Shown in pieces: positions 1-18,040 of a stretch of DNA of 64,000 nt. How positions within the stretch are numbered: position 1 is the stretch's first letter; each line of letters starts with the position of its first letter. The notes below the pieces were generated by a model that was given only the letters and a program-made list of their open reading frames with translations, was not told the origin of the DNA and searched no databases. Position numbers and translations under genes: made by a program. Origin of the DNA: the human T2T-CHM13v2.0 reference genome, Homo sapiens; assembly GCF_009914755.1 (NCBI RefSeq), contig NC_060930.1; one strand, 5' to 3'.

Positions 1-86
1 GTAAAGGCCCCATCTCCAAATATAGACGCATGGGGGGTTAGGGCTTCGTGCGAATTTGGAGAAAACACAAATATTCAGTCCACAGC
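1..86 (-). mobile_element. MaLR LTR end (MST/MLT1-like)
   Basis: catctccaaatatag...gggggttagggcttc...acacaaatattcagtccacagca resembles a MaLR LTR terminus. Confidence 0.6.
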
Positions 87-348
87 AGCTTCATCGTGCA
101 AACTCAGCAGCAGTTTTTGAAAAAGCTTGTGCAGCAAAGAATGTGCTGAAGAGATACATTTTGATGTTTTAAGTCAACATTTTCATTTCTTTCCCCGATA
201 CTATATTCTCTCATTTAGATAAACAAAATTTCCTTTTAGGTTTGTATGTTGCTTGTCCAAGCTGGTTTCCTATTGCCTACTAGATAAAATGATGCTATAC
301 AAGGCTTTAAAATGCCTACCTCTAGGTAGCCAAAACAAAGACGGCTTC

Positions 349-1530
<1,182 letters not shown>

Positions 1531-2377
1531 AGGTGATGCCTGTTTCTAGTATTTTTATTATTCATGGAACAAAATTATGTTCATCCTTATCCATAAACAA
1601 ATATTACATGACCCAGGAATTCTATGCAAGTGTACAAGTGATGCTATGACTTACCATATTAAGCAACTGCTCTGTGTTGGGCATCTTGACAGCTGCTGGG
1701 CAAGAGGGGAATAAAACTCAGGCCCTGTTCCCAAGAATTTACAGTCTGTTAAGGTGATGGACATCACCTTCCCAGTTCTCCCAGGAGTGGTAAAGGGTTT
1801 GTCCAGTCATCTGCTTTGTCTTACCCAGATGGCTGGTGAGAAACGCAGCCGAGGCCAATGAACAGCTTTGCAGAAGATCTATCCTACAAATAGCACAGCA
1901 CTGAGTATGAAATCTGTGCCAAAAAGAGAAGCAGCCAAGTGGGATGTGATTATTTTAAATAGAAATGAAAGCTCTGTATTCATGCCACTTAAACATTGTT
2001 CAGTTCACTCTGTGATGCCTTTGGATATTGGAGTAACAACCATAGAAGATTCATCAAACAAATTATAGAAGGAGCAGCCAGGTACCACAGAGTGCTCTTA
2101 TAAAACAAGAAACTCCCAATCCAACCCCATCCACAAAATGCTTATTAGTCTTTTCTAATTCTCATTTATATTTTTTTAAAAAGATGTTTCTCCTAAAGAT
2201 GTATAAAAACCTGCAATTTTACTTATGAGGTATTTGCAGGCCTTGCTTGCTTTGCAGTATTATGACATCATAGCATCCTGAACAAAATAACATATTAGAA
2301 CTCACAGAAAGACTTCGTATCTCTGCAGGAAAAGTGTAATTATAAAAGCTTCTAGGCACACAGATAAAATTTTAACG

Positions 2378-2495
2378 CTAGATGGGGTCTCACTATGTTG
2401 TCCAGTCAGGTCTCCAACTCCTGGCCTCAAGCAATTCTTCTACCTCAGCCTCCCGAAGTGCTGAGATTACAGGCATGAGCCACTGTGTCCAGCCA
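2378..2495 (-). mobile_element. FLAM / Alu left monomer
   Basis: gatggggtctcactatgttgtccag...gattacaggcatgagccact. Confidence 0.85.
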
Positions 2496-2560
2496 CTAAG
2501 CCTTATTATAAGATTTTTTTTATATTTAAAAAATCCACACAGAAGCAAAGTCAATTAAAT

Positions 2561-2604
2561 TTTATTTCAACCAAGAATATAAAATAAATGCAATGTAATT
2601 TATT
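2561..2604 (-). terminator. Distal poly(A) signals (AATAAA at 2599-2604 and 2561-2566)
   Basis: TTTATT twice on +; GU/U-rich element TTTGCTTCTGTGTGGATTTTTT downstream on -. Confidence 0.75.
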
Positions 2605-4055
2605 TTAGTTTTAACAGTCATTTCAAGAAGGAAGTCAGGTCAACTCAAAAGCAGGAAACCCTCGCTCCAAAGCAGTAGCTCGTCCTGCACTCCATGGAGC
2701 AGGCCTCGCTGGGGTGCAGCGGCTCTGAGCACAAACCTCGCAGTGGAGCACGAAAAGCTACAGTCATCTCTATAACCATATAAAGGGGGATGCGTGCAGA
2801 AAATGACTGAAAAAAGAGACAAGAACAGGTACACTTCACAAATAGGAATTATAGGAATATACAAACTAGGCAGTTTAGAAAGGATATACTACATAACATA
2901 TATAAAAAGTACTTTAAATTGTTGTTAAAAAGGACACCTTCAGTCCAGATTTTGTGTAATACTTTTAGTGTCTACACAGACAAATCTTTAAAAAAATTAA
3001 ATAGTATTAATTTACTAAATATTTAGGAGATAACAGTGCATTAAGGGTTTTTTTTTTTATATAATACATACATATCACCCCTTTGCAGTGATAGCATAGA
3101 AGAGTAAGTATGGCCTTAGGTACAACACGTTTTTTAAAAACCCTAAAACAATGAACTTTGTTATATTTGTGACTATTTTTGAGGATTATGGGGACCTAAA
3201 CTGCTATGTTTTATACAAAATATTACTTGTACTTGAATCCTTCAAGCCTCTGTTGGTCTAACTGCCATTTCACTGCCTTTCTCTACTCCCTAGGAAGACA
3301 TCATCATAGAGTTTTGGATTTGTAATTTCCATAGAATTCTTCCTTCATTGTATAGTTTCTGCTGCATAAATTTACTCAAAAGCACATCAAGTTGCATGTC
3401 TTATTTTCCAACTATTTTTTTCTTTTCTTTTACCTTTAGCAGAGAAAACAGCATCATTTTAGAGGCATAGAGAACAAGTAGCAGTTGCTTCACCAGGAAT
3501 GAGGCAGCACACATAGGTAAATGTCATCCCTTTCCATTCTTAAGAGTCCATTATGTTCGTAAGAGCAAAAGAGTAGTGCAGAAGGCCAAAATTCTAAGTA
3601 CTAAAGTTTCAAAACCACAGAGATATAAAAATATACATAATCCTTGGTCTTTGTATGTCACTGCATGATCTACTTCATCACAAGGATTGTTTCAGCCTCA
3701 TAGTATCAGCCCTGCTGCCAAAGCTACCTTACCTTGAGCTCATCTGTCCTGCAACACTTGAATTCCTTTCACAAACACACACCTCCCCAGAAAGCTAACT
3801 CTGAAACTGGTTTGTAACACGAAGAGCAGAAAGCCTTCACTTGGATTCATTCCTTCCTGTCAATAACCCCTCCTAGTTTGGGTGTTCCCATAGGCTGAGG
3901 GATGCCCCTCCTGTACCCTTGGGGGACATAACAGTATCTAATAAATTTCAAAGAGAAATGCCATCATTTGGGGACCACAAAGGTAAAGTTTGCCCTCAAA
4001 AAGCTTCAAAGGTCTCCTTAGAGGTCCCACGGTTTGAGGGCCCTTACGTGTGTTA

Positions 4056-4379
<324 letters not shown>

Positions 4380-7102
4380 TTAAAGGAAAGAAAATGATCC
4401 AAAATTATTACTAAGGGTAAAGGGAATCAGTGGGTAGCACGAACCCTGAGGCAAGGAAAGAGGAGAAAAGAGCCAGTACCAGTGCAGGGATAGGAACTCA
4501 GTCATGTGTGGAATGGAGATTTCTGGCTATGTCCTGGAGGATATTGTATACTGGGAGCAACTGACGAAATCCCCTTACAGTTTATATTTCAGTTCTGCCA
4601 GCAAAAGTCATTATATACAAGGAAAACAGGGTAGTTCTGTGAATGTATAAGCGTAAGAACTATTTAACAATGCTGCTTATAAAGTATTAAGGGGCATAGT
4701 ATTTTGGTTTACATATCTATCTGGGTTTGTCTTCTTTTATTAAAGGTAACCTCCTTGAGAGCAAGAACAGACCTTCTATTTTCCTTGCAATTTCCTACAA
4801 CCACTTAGGAGAGTATGTTCTGCCTACAAGGACCACCCAGTTGTTGTTAAAAGGCTGCTGTGAACATTTCAAAGATACGTCAATGCCTTTTGTGATATTG
4901 AATCACTGGCTTTCTCTAAGGTAGACTGACATAGAAACCCTTCCATAATATTATTTACAGAACAGATTTGGGGATAGTAACTACCCAAGTGGGTTTAGAA
5001 GTAAACAAAAAGACCTTCATATTATAAGACAGTTTCACTTGTAAGTCAATCACATGGCACAGACATCCCAGGAGGGCTTACTGTCACAGATCACAAGCTC
5101 CTTAAGGACAAGAAGTATGCCCTGTCCTCTGTGTTCTCTACCCAGCAGGGCACCAGGCACATGGTGAGGGTGCAATAAGCATCTGATGACCAACAGCTCT
5201 GGACAGTGAGGCTTTAGGGCACAGGATAAAACTGCATATAGGCAGCTACATTATGCAGAGGGCTGCTAATTTCTTATTTTAAAAAATGGAAGGGGTAAAA
5301 CAGCAGGAGACTATCAGAAACTCCTTCCAATGGAGCACGTAACCTGCTTCATCTTCAGTCTTGATGAGTGTCACTATGCAGACTTCATTATTAGTGAGCA
5401 TTATTATGCTGAGATCAGTAAGGTCCTGGCTGGCTACAGTATCACATCAATAGTGCAAAATGTATACTGGCTTCTGTCTAATCTTATTTTACTTGTGTAT
5501 GGACCCACAGTATCATAACCAGGTAGATAAGTTCAGAAAGAATAGTTTTTAAAAATGCATGTAATTTGCATATACAATAATCAGCTATTTCTTCTAGCTC
5601 AAGAAAACATTTAAAACAAGGCTGGTGCTGCTAGTAGCATTCAGAAGAACACAAATTTCTTGCCCCTTACATTACAATGGGAGCTCTAAGTTTTTACATT
5701 TCCTTTTGACTCTGGGGAGTGAGGGGCTCCTTAAAGCAGCTAAGAAAGAACTCAGCCACTAATTCATAGATAATGGAAATGCAAATATTCACTTTGTCTA
5801 GTATAGTCTTATACTATCCGCCCATAGTTTTTAGGCACAATTATTAAGTTTTCTCCTAGGGGCAAAAGAAATCATTCAGTGCAATGAAAAAGATTCTTGA
5901 TAGAATTAAGTTTCAGTAACAACAGCAAAATTATGCATACATAATACATACTTTAAACATGAATAAAACCTAAATTTTTAACATGCTTTAAAAATAGTCA
6001 CTCTATATCTAATACAAATACGAATGGAGAACACTGCTCTTTATTTTAAAAGCAGATTAATTTTCAGGCTTCTACTTGAGTAACCTTGATTATGCAAGAA
6101 AGTTACTCACGCAGACCCAGATGTGAAGAAACCAATGGTTCTTTAGAGAAGCCGACTTTATGTACAATACACACTAAAAACTTTTCCTTCAAAGGGAAGT
6201 AACACGTCTTTTGATCAAAATTACTCCTTACAGAAATCCTAGTGCAGTTGTTACTCTCTTCAGCGTTTTGGTGTGGGCCATCGAGACTGTACAAAGCTCT
6301 TGAAACCCTTTTTAAGGTAGACTTAGCTACATGAAGGTTAAAATTGTAATTCTTAATTACTGAATGCTATTCAGAATAAGATGATGCTGGGAACTCAGTT
6401 CCATATGAATGATTCTATAAAAATTACCACATACTTCAGTTCTTCGTGGCATAAAGCACATAACTGCAAAGATCTAGGCAGTTTTTGGTTGTAGGTTCCC
6501 TCTGTCCCACCGCTTGTCTTTTTATTAGACCTTCCCTGAAACTAGATAAATACGAACGTAATAGTAAAGTACTTTGGGACAGTAACAGTTTCTGTTTAAG
6601 ACTTCCATGAGCAGAACAGTTATTGTCTGTGAAAACGTAGTGCTTTAAAAGGTGCATTTTTACCTGTGTTGCTAAATCAGTTCATGAAGTATAAAACTAT
6701 ACACCACTGGAATCCTGTTTCTAAAACATTAAAATCCTATTAAAAGAGCTTTGAAAAGATAAACCATAGTGATTGCTACAGCATGAGAAAGGTGCACCAG
6801 GAAATCCTTCAAAGAAATGCTGAAGGTTACAGAAGTGCTGGGATTAGATCAGACGCTTTATCAGAGAAGTCACAATGGAACACATGCAGGGAAGGGGTGC
6901 TGGGGAAACTTCACAAGAATCTTCTTTAAGTCAATAAAGAAGAGCTATCAGTCCTGCACAATGCTCAGTATATAAGGTTTTCCTCCCATGTGTATGAGTT
7001 TTAAATGGCATCATAGTTTGCATTTTTTTGGTTCTTTTCAATGCAGACATATTGCTGGAGCCTGTGCTCTGGGCTGGGCTGGCCTGGCCCAACGGGAGCT
7101 GG

Positions 7103-7234
<132 letters not shown>

Positions 7235-8086
7235 CTAGGAGAAGGAAACAGGAAAAGGGAATTACTGATGGAGGAAGAGGATGACTCAAGATGCTCATCA
7301 CAGTAGGATAGAGATATAAGCCGTTTTCATTAGGTTCCTGGTTCAGACACACATAGCTGACAGCTAACTTAAGTTGTTAACACATTTTGCTTATTTGAAA
7401 TCACAGCCTGCCACCACTGTAACCACACATTCTGGCAGGCATGAAATTTGGCTAGATTTTTGTGGGAGATAAGCTACACTGGAAAGAAAGGAAAAGGGGA
7501 AATTTCAGCGGACCCATTTCTCTTTATTCCAATTCTGGGGTGTAACAATCCTTTGCATAACTGAGACGTGCAAACAAGAATAATCAATTTGGCATACTGA
7601 AATCAATAGTATTCATAATGTATACTGACATGCTATTATTTTTCCCATTATAAATAACAAAGCTGTGATTAAGAAATCATTATTTTAGAGCAAAGGGTTT
7701 TCAGAGGTAGAAGCTAGGGGTATCAGGAGTTCTACCTACGAGACAAAGTAAGGCAAGATTAGGTGGGGTGCGGCAGCAACATGTGGGTTTTATAAACTTC
7801 AGGTAACATTTAGAATAAAGCAATTTTCACATATGATTGTCTTCAAGAGAAGACAGAAAAATGCATTTCAATTCAATGTATTTTTATTACATTAAATGAA
7901 ACCTTCATCTTCATAGTACCTAACGCAAATACAAAAAAAATGTGTAAAAGGAAAAATCATCTATAGAATAAGAACAGTATGTAAGAGACAAGCATAGCTG
8001 GAAGTAGTATCTTTGGCTATATTCAGAAGGCTGGTTTTTCTTGTAAGCAAAGTGGGAAAGAATATATGTAATAAAGCTATTACTTT

Positions 8087-8786
8087 TGAAACTTCCTTAG
8101 CAAAAATTAAACAGCAAGAAAATTATGACAGTGAAAGAGATCTGATTTAACCCACTCCATCTTGCCTTTAACCTCCAAACTGTTCTTGGTCATTGCTGGG
8201 CATGGGCCAAGCTAACTTTGGGAGAAATTTAGTTTATAGTTTAAACGACAATAGTCCATCCCAAAACTAAACTGCCTTTATAAAACTACTAAAAGGCCAC
8301 AAGTTTAGGATTATGAGAGAGGCCTGAATTCTGCTAAGATGTAGGTGCAGTTAAACAATTACCAGTCATTGTTCTGGAGGTCAATTGGCTACTCCCCAAT
8401 TACTCCTGTAAATAACATCACTATTGTCAACCTTTTCAGAAGGCTTTTCAGACTTTTGCATTTCGGATGACTCCACCCAGACTGAGACTCATGACTCAAC
8501 CAGTCCTGTGGCCCCCACCCAGAAGTGGACTCAGCACAGGAAGACCATTTTTCACACCCCTTTGATTGCATCCCCAACCAAGCAGCAGTAGTCATTCCCT
8601 AGACCCCTGCCCACCAAAGTATCTTTGAAAAATCCTAGCCTCCAAATTTTGAGGAGGCTGATAATAAAACTCTGATGTCCCATTTAGCTGGCCCTATGTG
8701 TATTAAACTTTCTCTATTGAAATTCCTGTCTTGATAAATTGGCTCTATCTGGGCAGCGAGCAAGAAGAACCTGTCGGGCGGTTACA
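8087..8786 (+). mobile_element. Solo ERV1 LTR (LTR8-like), 700 bp
   Basis: TG...CA termini, 4-bp TSD CTTT, LTR8-type start tgaaac...gacagtgaaagagatctg, ATTAAA near the end. Confidence 0.85.
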
Positions 8787-8953
8787 CTTTGAGTTAAACA
8801 TGTAAATTATCTTGAGGTGGCACTGGGGGTTTAGGAAAGAACAGATCAGCAAGGTCCTCCTGCTCAGTGCTCAAAGGCTGCCAAACGACTTGGAATATCT
8901 GGTCCAAGATAACAGGGCACTAAGGTAGTTTTGGTTAAAAACAACTCAGTTGT

Positions 8954-9258
8954 GGCTAGGCACAGTGGCTCACACCTGTAATCCCAGCACTTTGGGAGGC
9001 TGAGCTGGGCAGATCACCTGAGGTCAGGAGTTCAAGACCAGTCTGGCCAACATGGTGAAACCCCATCTCTACTAAAAATACAAAAATTAGCCAGGCATGG
9101 TGGTGGGTCCCTGTAGTTCCAGCTACTCGGGAGGCTGAGGCAGGAGAATCGCTTGAACCCAGGAGTCAGAAGTTGTAGTGAGTCAAGATTGGCGCCACTG
9201 CACTCTAGCCTGGGCGACAGAGGGAGACTCCATCTCAAAAAAAAAAAAACAAAACAAA
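8954..9258 (+). mobile_element. AluS
   Basis: Full Alu dimer. Confidence 0.92.
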
Positions 9259-9587
9259 ACTTAGTTTTGCCCCTTCCTAAGTTGCACAACTGAATAGTCA
9301 CATTGGTTACAGAAGTCTTTAAAAATTCCAAATTTTAATTACGTGTTTTATTTTGAAGTTTATTATGAAAAATGTTCTTTCAACTCATACGTTATTTGGG
9401 GCAATTTTGCCATAAAGTATAATGTAAACATGTAAGAATCTAATGTGCTGTAACATAGCTTTTTTAATGACAAAGGGTTTTTTAGACAGAAAATAAGCCA
9501 ATGTCCCGCTTTTCAAAGCGCTAATTGTACTTGCTTACAATACATTGATGAAGCAGCTCAAAAGCCTTGAAACTCTACTAATGGAAC

Positions 9588-11620
<2,033 letters not shown>

Positions 11621-11885
11621 GATGGTGTATGAGTTGCAAGTTCGGTGTAATGGGACACCTGACTGCCCCTCATGCCAGTCTCTCCAACTAAATAGCTGTA
11701 TCTATTCATTTAATAGATATGTTGGAAGGTTTATTATTTTTTTCCACAGACATCAGGACTCAGCTATGAAAGGTTTATTTTTAAGTCAACAGAACAATAT
11801 GGACATAGAAAAGCATTTCAAAGAATGTTTGAATTTGGGGAAAAAAAGAAATACAGTAATCTGTCTATAATTGACTACAATTGGG

Positions 11886-12497
11886 TGACAAAGACTCTTT
11901 CCTTTGACAAAAACTGCAGTCAGGCTGCTCTCAGGCAGTCAAGGTTTTAACCAAGATGGTTTTGGGTAAAGAAAGGCAGGTTTATTACAGAAGGTATGAA
12001 AACATGTTGTTGCCTGGGGCAGCACAGTAGAGGAGGTGTTGTCTGCAAAGAGGCTGGAGGGAAGTTTTACAGGGTCGTGTTGGAGGGAGCTCTGTGAGTC
12101 TTCTGCTTGACTAGGCCTGACCTTGGGCTTTCCTCTGTCCTTGGAGAATCCTGTTAGAGCAAGAATCTTGCTAAGTTGGCTTGGCAAAAATCCCCCACCT
12201 TTAAAAGCTTATTACCCAGGCCTCCCTTCAGCCTAATACTATGCAGTCAGTTTAGCCAGAGACCTTTTATCCTGGATGTTTCCTCTTGGTAACTTTCCAT
12301 CCACTGATCCCCACCCTGCTCTTTGGCTATACCTCTCCACTTGTCATGTAGGAGTCTGAATTGAGTCCAGTCTTCCTCCCCAACTGCCAGCCCCTGTTGC
12401 AGTGGTCCCTTTATGCACTAACATGGCCCCGCCTTGAATAAAGTCTGCCTTACCAACTTTAACAAGTGTTTAGGCAAATTATTATTATTTTTTAACA
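11886..12497 (+). mobile_element. MER31-like ERV1 LTR (interrupted at 11929-12091)
   Basis: tgacaaagactctttcctttgac...gactaggcctgaccttgggc...aataaagtctgccttacc...tttaaca. Confidence 0.7.
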
Positions 12498-13622
12498 CAG
12501 GTTAATATAATTCAATCAGACACACAAAGATGAACCAGTATATAGTAAGCATTTGTTGCTCATATAATGGAGGGGAAACAGATTTTATAACAAAATTCAA
12601 ATATGCTCATGCTACTACCCAGCTAGCAAGCTGTTTTTAGTAGATCAAACTGAAGCCTAAATTTGTTTAATTGGAACCAAGTGGAAGTATTATGTACTCT
12701 TCTGCTTGCAGGGATATTCTGAAGAGAAGTTTTTCAGAGTAGTTGTGTGGAAACACATTAGTTTGTTGAGCTATTCAAAATGTGAAGGCAGTTTATGCAG
12801 CTATTTGTTATGTCTTTCTTGTTAAAGTTTCTCTTTATTGCAGTTCCTTATCAGTGAGTTTATGGTTCCCTTGCCAGAGGTTTTGTTTTCTATTATCTCT
12901 ATCCTATGCACTCATCTGCAAGAGTTCCCGGAGGGACTGTGGTTCTAAACTTAAAACAAACAAAAAAACAAACAAACAAAAAACTTAAGTTTTCCCTTCT
13001 TCCTAGATGGTTTCTTAACTTGTTACTACCTTGAAAAAAAATTTTTTTTTCAAAATTTCCTATGGTTATCACAATGGGTATTTTTACCTCTCTCCAAATA
13101 CCAATCCTTAGACTTAGCTCCTTTAATTTCCTGAATTAGCACTGCAATTGGTGTTCTCTTTTTATCTGAATAACAAAAAGTATTTTCTAGTCTCAAAATT
13201 ATTTCTAATGAGACTTAACAGTTATTTCAGAAAAGCCTCAGTCTTAGCCCCCTTCTCTTCTTTATCTATGTAGCTACTTCCTCCCAGAAAGAGCATATCT
13301 TTCTAAAGAATGCAATTAATTTTGTCCAAAGTAAGACACCACTCCCCTTCCCTTTTCAACTGCGTATCTACGTATCTTTTTCTGATACACCAGAACTGCT
13401 AAGGCAGCTATAAGGGTAAAATGATGAAATTTTCTTTAAGGATGGGGGCACTGGCCTCCCTACCTTCCTCTCCTCGGGTGTCAGGATAAACAAGTCAGAA
13501 TACGAGATATCTTACAATTACATGAAATATGATGAAAATCTTCCTCTTCATAGAATGCCCTAGAAACAGGATTGCACAGTCAAATGTAAGAGTTAAGTGT
13601 TACTTAACTCTAAAAGGATCTA

Positions 13623-13949
<327 letters not shown>

Positions 13950-14660
13950 TTAAGGGGAAAAAAGCAAGCTTGGTATGAAACCAAATTAACAGGAGCTTTC
14001 TTTAATTATTTGATATGCACATGTGGCTGCTGACCAACCTGGGGGAGCAATCTATGTGGGACACTAGAGTGATGGGGAGGACTGGAGAATGGAGCAGCCA
14101 GGGAACACAGTGTTCCCAAAGGGCAAGGCGCTGAGCCCCAAACAGGACTCTTTCCCTGAAGTTCATTTAGACTGCACAGTGATCCTCCAAATCAGTCACA
14201 GACATCTCACTGAAGGCCACAGGCACATTAGAAATACATTTCTTATAGCTCATTAAAACAGCTAGAAGAAATCTTTTCAATCGTGATTCTGGAAAGGCAG
14301 AGCGGTCTGGAGAGTGAGCCAATATATCCAGTTAAGACGAAAGAACAGAGTGATGCTAGCAAAAGCCAGCCTGCATAAAGGGGTGGTAGTGACACCAAAC
14401 AAACAGAAAGAGCAAGAAGTGGGAATCCGGGAGTAGAACTGGCTGTAACACACACCGGAAGCTCAGGTATCTGTGAGCTGGTCATACTTCAAACTTCAAG
14501 GTACCTTTACAATCCCCAAACTTCCACAGAAAATAAGATACATTCAAATTTAATTAAATATTAGAAAAGGTGGTTAAATGTATAGGAATTATGGAACGAT
14601 ACCTAAACTATCTTTTTGCCTCCCTTGCTCTTTGGAAGTGAAAGTATACCGTGCAGTTTA

Positions 14661-14777
<117 letters not shown>

Positions 14778-15332
14778 CTAAAATCTGTAATATCATTACC
14801 TTGTTAATTTAAAATTCCAATTTGTTTTTCTTCACTTATTTCCTACTCTTCATCTGTGGCTAGTGTTCAAATCTTGACTGCTGCTAGCTAGTTGACATAT
14901 AGGACACAGAAGTTTCTCTATACTAACTTCATTAGCGCCAAAAATAACTTAATTTGTATTTGCCTTAACAAGAAAAACTACACCTCTTATAGATGAAAAC
15001 ACAAAGTCTATACTTGGGGTTAAGAAGGATGAAGGAGTAGAGAGGTTTTGTAGTGCAGTGGACATGCTCTGAAAGACAGATTAACTTCTGTTGCCTACTG
15101 GTTTGGCTGAATTTCTGATCTGGCCAATTGGTCTGTAAAGGTCTTATCTGTTATCAGCTTTAGTTTTCATCTGTAAAACTGACAAATGGTCGTTCCTAAA
15201 ATACTTGTTTTCATTCATCCCTCTCTGCAGCTTTGCCTGTTTCAAAATGTGGAAGCTTGCTCTTGAGCAGTCTTTAGGTGGTATCATTGAAAAAGTTAAA
15301 TACTTCAGTAGCAAGTGCTTCCCTTGCTTTCA

Positions 15333-15488
<156 letters not shown>

Positions 15489-15844
15489 CTAGAGTGACAC
15501 ACAGGAAATGTACAGCACATGAAAAGGTTATTTACAAGTCAACACCTTGTCTTTTGTATTACTGTGTAACAGGATTAATATAAAATACATTTGGTGTAGC
15601 TCACTGCAGATTATGCATACTACATACTTTTATGTGAAATTGGCAGAAATCATCAGCATTAAAGCCCTTATAAAGTTCATTTTCTGCTGATAAATCATTT
15701 AAAGTGAAGGCTGAAAGACAGGGTGACATCTCAACAAAAAAAATATTTAATTTTACCCCAGCATCCACTAATTTCTTTTGTTTCTAAAGAGGAGGAATAG
15801 CTGAGTAAATAGAAGGCGAGATTTGTGCTGAGAATCAGATTTTA

Positions 15845-15976
<132 letters not shown>

Positions 15977-16059
15977 TCATCCAATTGATATTTCTTAATG
16001 ATAAGCTCCAGGATTGGCTTTCCTATAAGGTATGTGTTTAAGTCATTGTTTTTTCTGAA

Positions 16060-16975
16060 TAAGAAGAAACACATTACCAAATATTAGCAAATGTGTGAAG
16101 AAATAGGAACTGTCACACACAACATGAGAGTTTATACTGTTACAATCCCTTTGGAAAACAGTTATGCATTAACCATTAGTGTTGAAAATGTGTATAGCTT
16201 ATGACCTAGCAACTCCATTTCTAGGCACATACCTGAGTCAAAGAGATGATTTTGTACATGTATATCAGGATACAGGGATAAAAATGTTCTTAGCAGCCTT
16301 TTAGTAATGGCCAATATATATATATATACATATATATATACACATATATATACATATATACACATATATACACACACATATACACATATATACACATACA
16401 TATACACATATATATACACATATATACATATATATACATATATAGTATATATACGTATATATATATGTGTGTGTATATATATATACGTATATATATATAC
16501 GTGTATATATATATATGTGTGTATATATATATAGACAATCCAAATGTCCATCAACTGAAAAATGGGTACATTTTTATACATTCACAGAATGGAATGTTAT
16601 ACAACAGTAAAAATGAATATGCAAGGTTCAGTGAGGAGAAAAAGCAAGTTGCAGAAGAAAATACATAATATGTTACCATTTATAAAAAGTTGAAAGACAA
16701 TAAACTGAACAATAACTTTTAGAGGTACATAAACATGTGGACTAGAACTATAATAAAAACTGTGGGGATGATAAACCCAAATGCAGAACACTCAGAGTCT
16801 ACCCTCTGGGAGGGATGTGGATAGGGAGGTGGGGCACACAGGGTACTTTAGTAATCTTAGTGATGTTCTAATTCCTAGGTTCAGAGGTGAGCAAAGGGGT
16901 ATTCATTTTATTATTCTAAATATACTAGATATTTTTTCATTATATATTCTTTCCTACATATGAAATATTTCAAAT
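16060..16975 (+). mobile_element. Old L1M(E) 3' fragment carrying a TA/CA repeat expansion
   Basis: ttggaaaacag...gacctagcaactccatttctagg...aaatgtccatcaac L1 3' motifs. Confidence 0.75.
16314..16532. repeat. Complex (TA)n/(TATACA)n simple repeat
   Basis: Direct reading; source of spurious YI-rich ORFs. Confidence 0.95.
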
Positions 16976-17399
16976 TAAAAGGTCTAAAAATAGGTAATGT
17001 ATGTTCATGATAAAAAGAATTACAGAATATAGAAAGTATAGAAGAAAATTAAAATCACTCACAATCAAGCCACTCAGTGACAAAAAAACCACTGACAAAA
17101 TTTTTATAATGTCCCTTTGGTGTTTTGCGTGTGTGTGGCATATACATATATGGTATAAACACAGGAATTTTTGCTTTGTTTTTATAAAATTGGAATCCTA
17201 CTAAAAAATTGTCTTAGCTTTTTATTTAATATTGTTCCATAAACATTTTCTTTTGTCAAATAATCTTCAAACTTATTATTTTGAGTGGCTGCCTATCTCC
17301 TACTGGTACGGGTATTACTTGTTTCATAATAGCTGTGGCATACAAGTCCTTGTAGCTAAATCTGATGTGCATGGCAGGGAGCCAATACTGCCTAGCAGG

Positions 17400-17620
17400 T
17401 GAGACTCAGAGACCCCTACTAGACCCTGATTGTCATTCACCAATTGTGTGATCTTGGGCAAGTTAGTTAACCTCTAAGAAAGCCTTAGGTTCTGAATCTG
17501 AAAAGTGGAAATTATAATTATGCCTATCCTATAGATTTGCTAGGAAGATCATATGAAAAAATGTAGGTAAAGGGTTTAGCACCACCCTGGTATATAAGAA
17601 GTACTCATCTATTTGTGGCA
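17400..17620. mobile_element. MIR
   Basis: tgtgtgatcttgggcaagttagttaacctct...aaagtggaaattataat MIR core. Confidence 0.65.
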
Positions 17621-17704
17621 GCTCTGATTACTTCCACAGGATAAATTCCAGGAATTATCAGGTCAAAGGGCATACATATTTTAAAGCCTTTTTTAGGTGC
17701 TCTA

Positions 17705-17870
17705 GAATCTCGCTACACAAATGTAGCTTTTACCAGCAACCTGAGCATCACCTGAGAGCCTGCATTAGAAATGAAGGTTCTCAGTTCTCACCCCTGATTC
17801 TGACTCAGAATCTACATTTTTAACAAGGTCTCCAGGTGATTTGTAGGTACACTGAAGTTTGAGAAGTACT
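17705..17870. mobile_element. MER5A-like hAT DNA transposon
   Basis: agcatcacctgagagc...ttagaaatg...tcagaatctacattttaacaagg...aagtttgagaag. Confidence 0.75.
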
Positions 17871-17898
17871 CATCCTCACCAGTAGCATATGCGTAATA

Positions 17899-18040
17899 AT
17901 TTTTTTTTTTAATAAAAATAGAGATAGGGTCTAACTATGTTGCCCAGGCTAGTCTCAAACTCCTGGGCTCAAGAGATCTTCCCACCTCAGCCTCCCAAAG
18001 TGTGAGGATTACAGGCGTGAGTGAGCCACTGTGCCTGGCC
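17899..18040 (-). mobile_element. FLAM / Alu monomer
   Basis: Alu left-arm motifs on -. Confidence 0.85.

Noticed and set aside
1751-1770. 9-bp inverted repeat AAGGTGATG-GA-CATCACCTT
   Set aside because: Short, downstream of the gene, compatible with chance.
16162-16668. Tyr/Ile-rich ORFs (also the CV-repeat ORFs at 10028-10476)
   Set aside because: Translations of TA/CA microsatellites.
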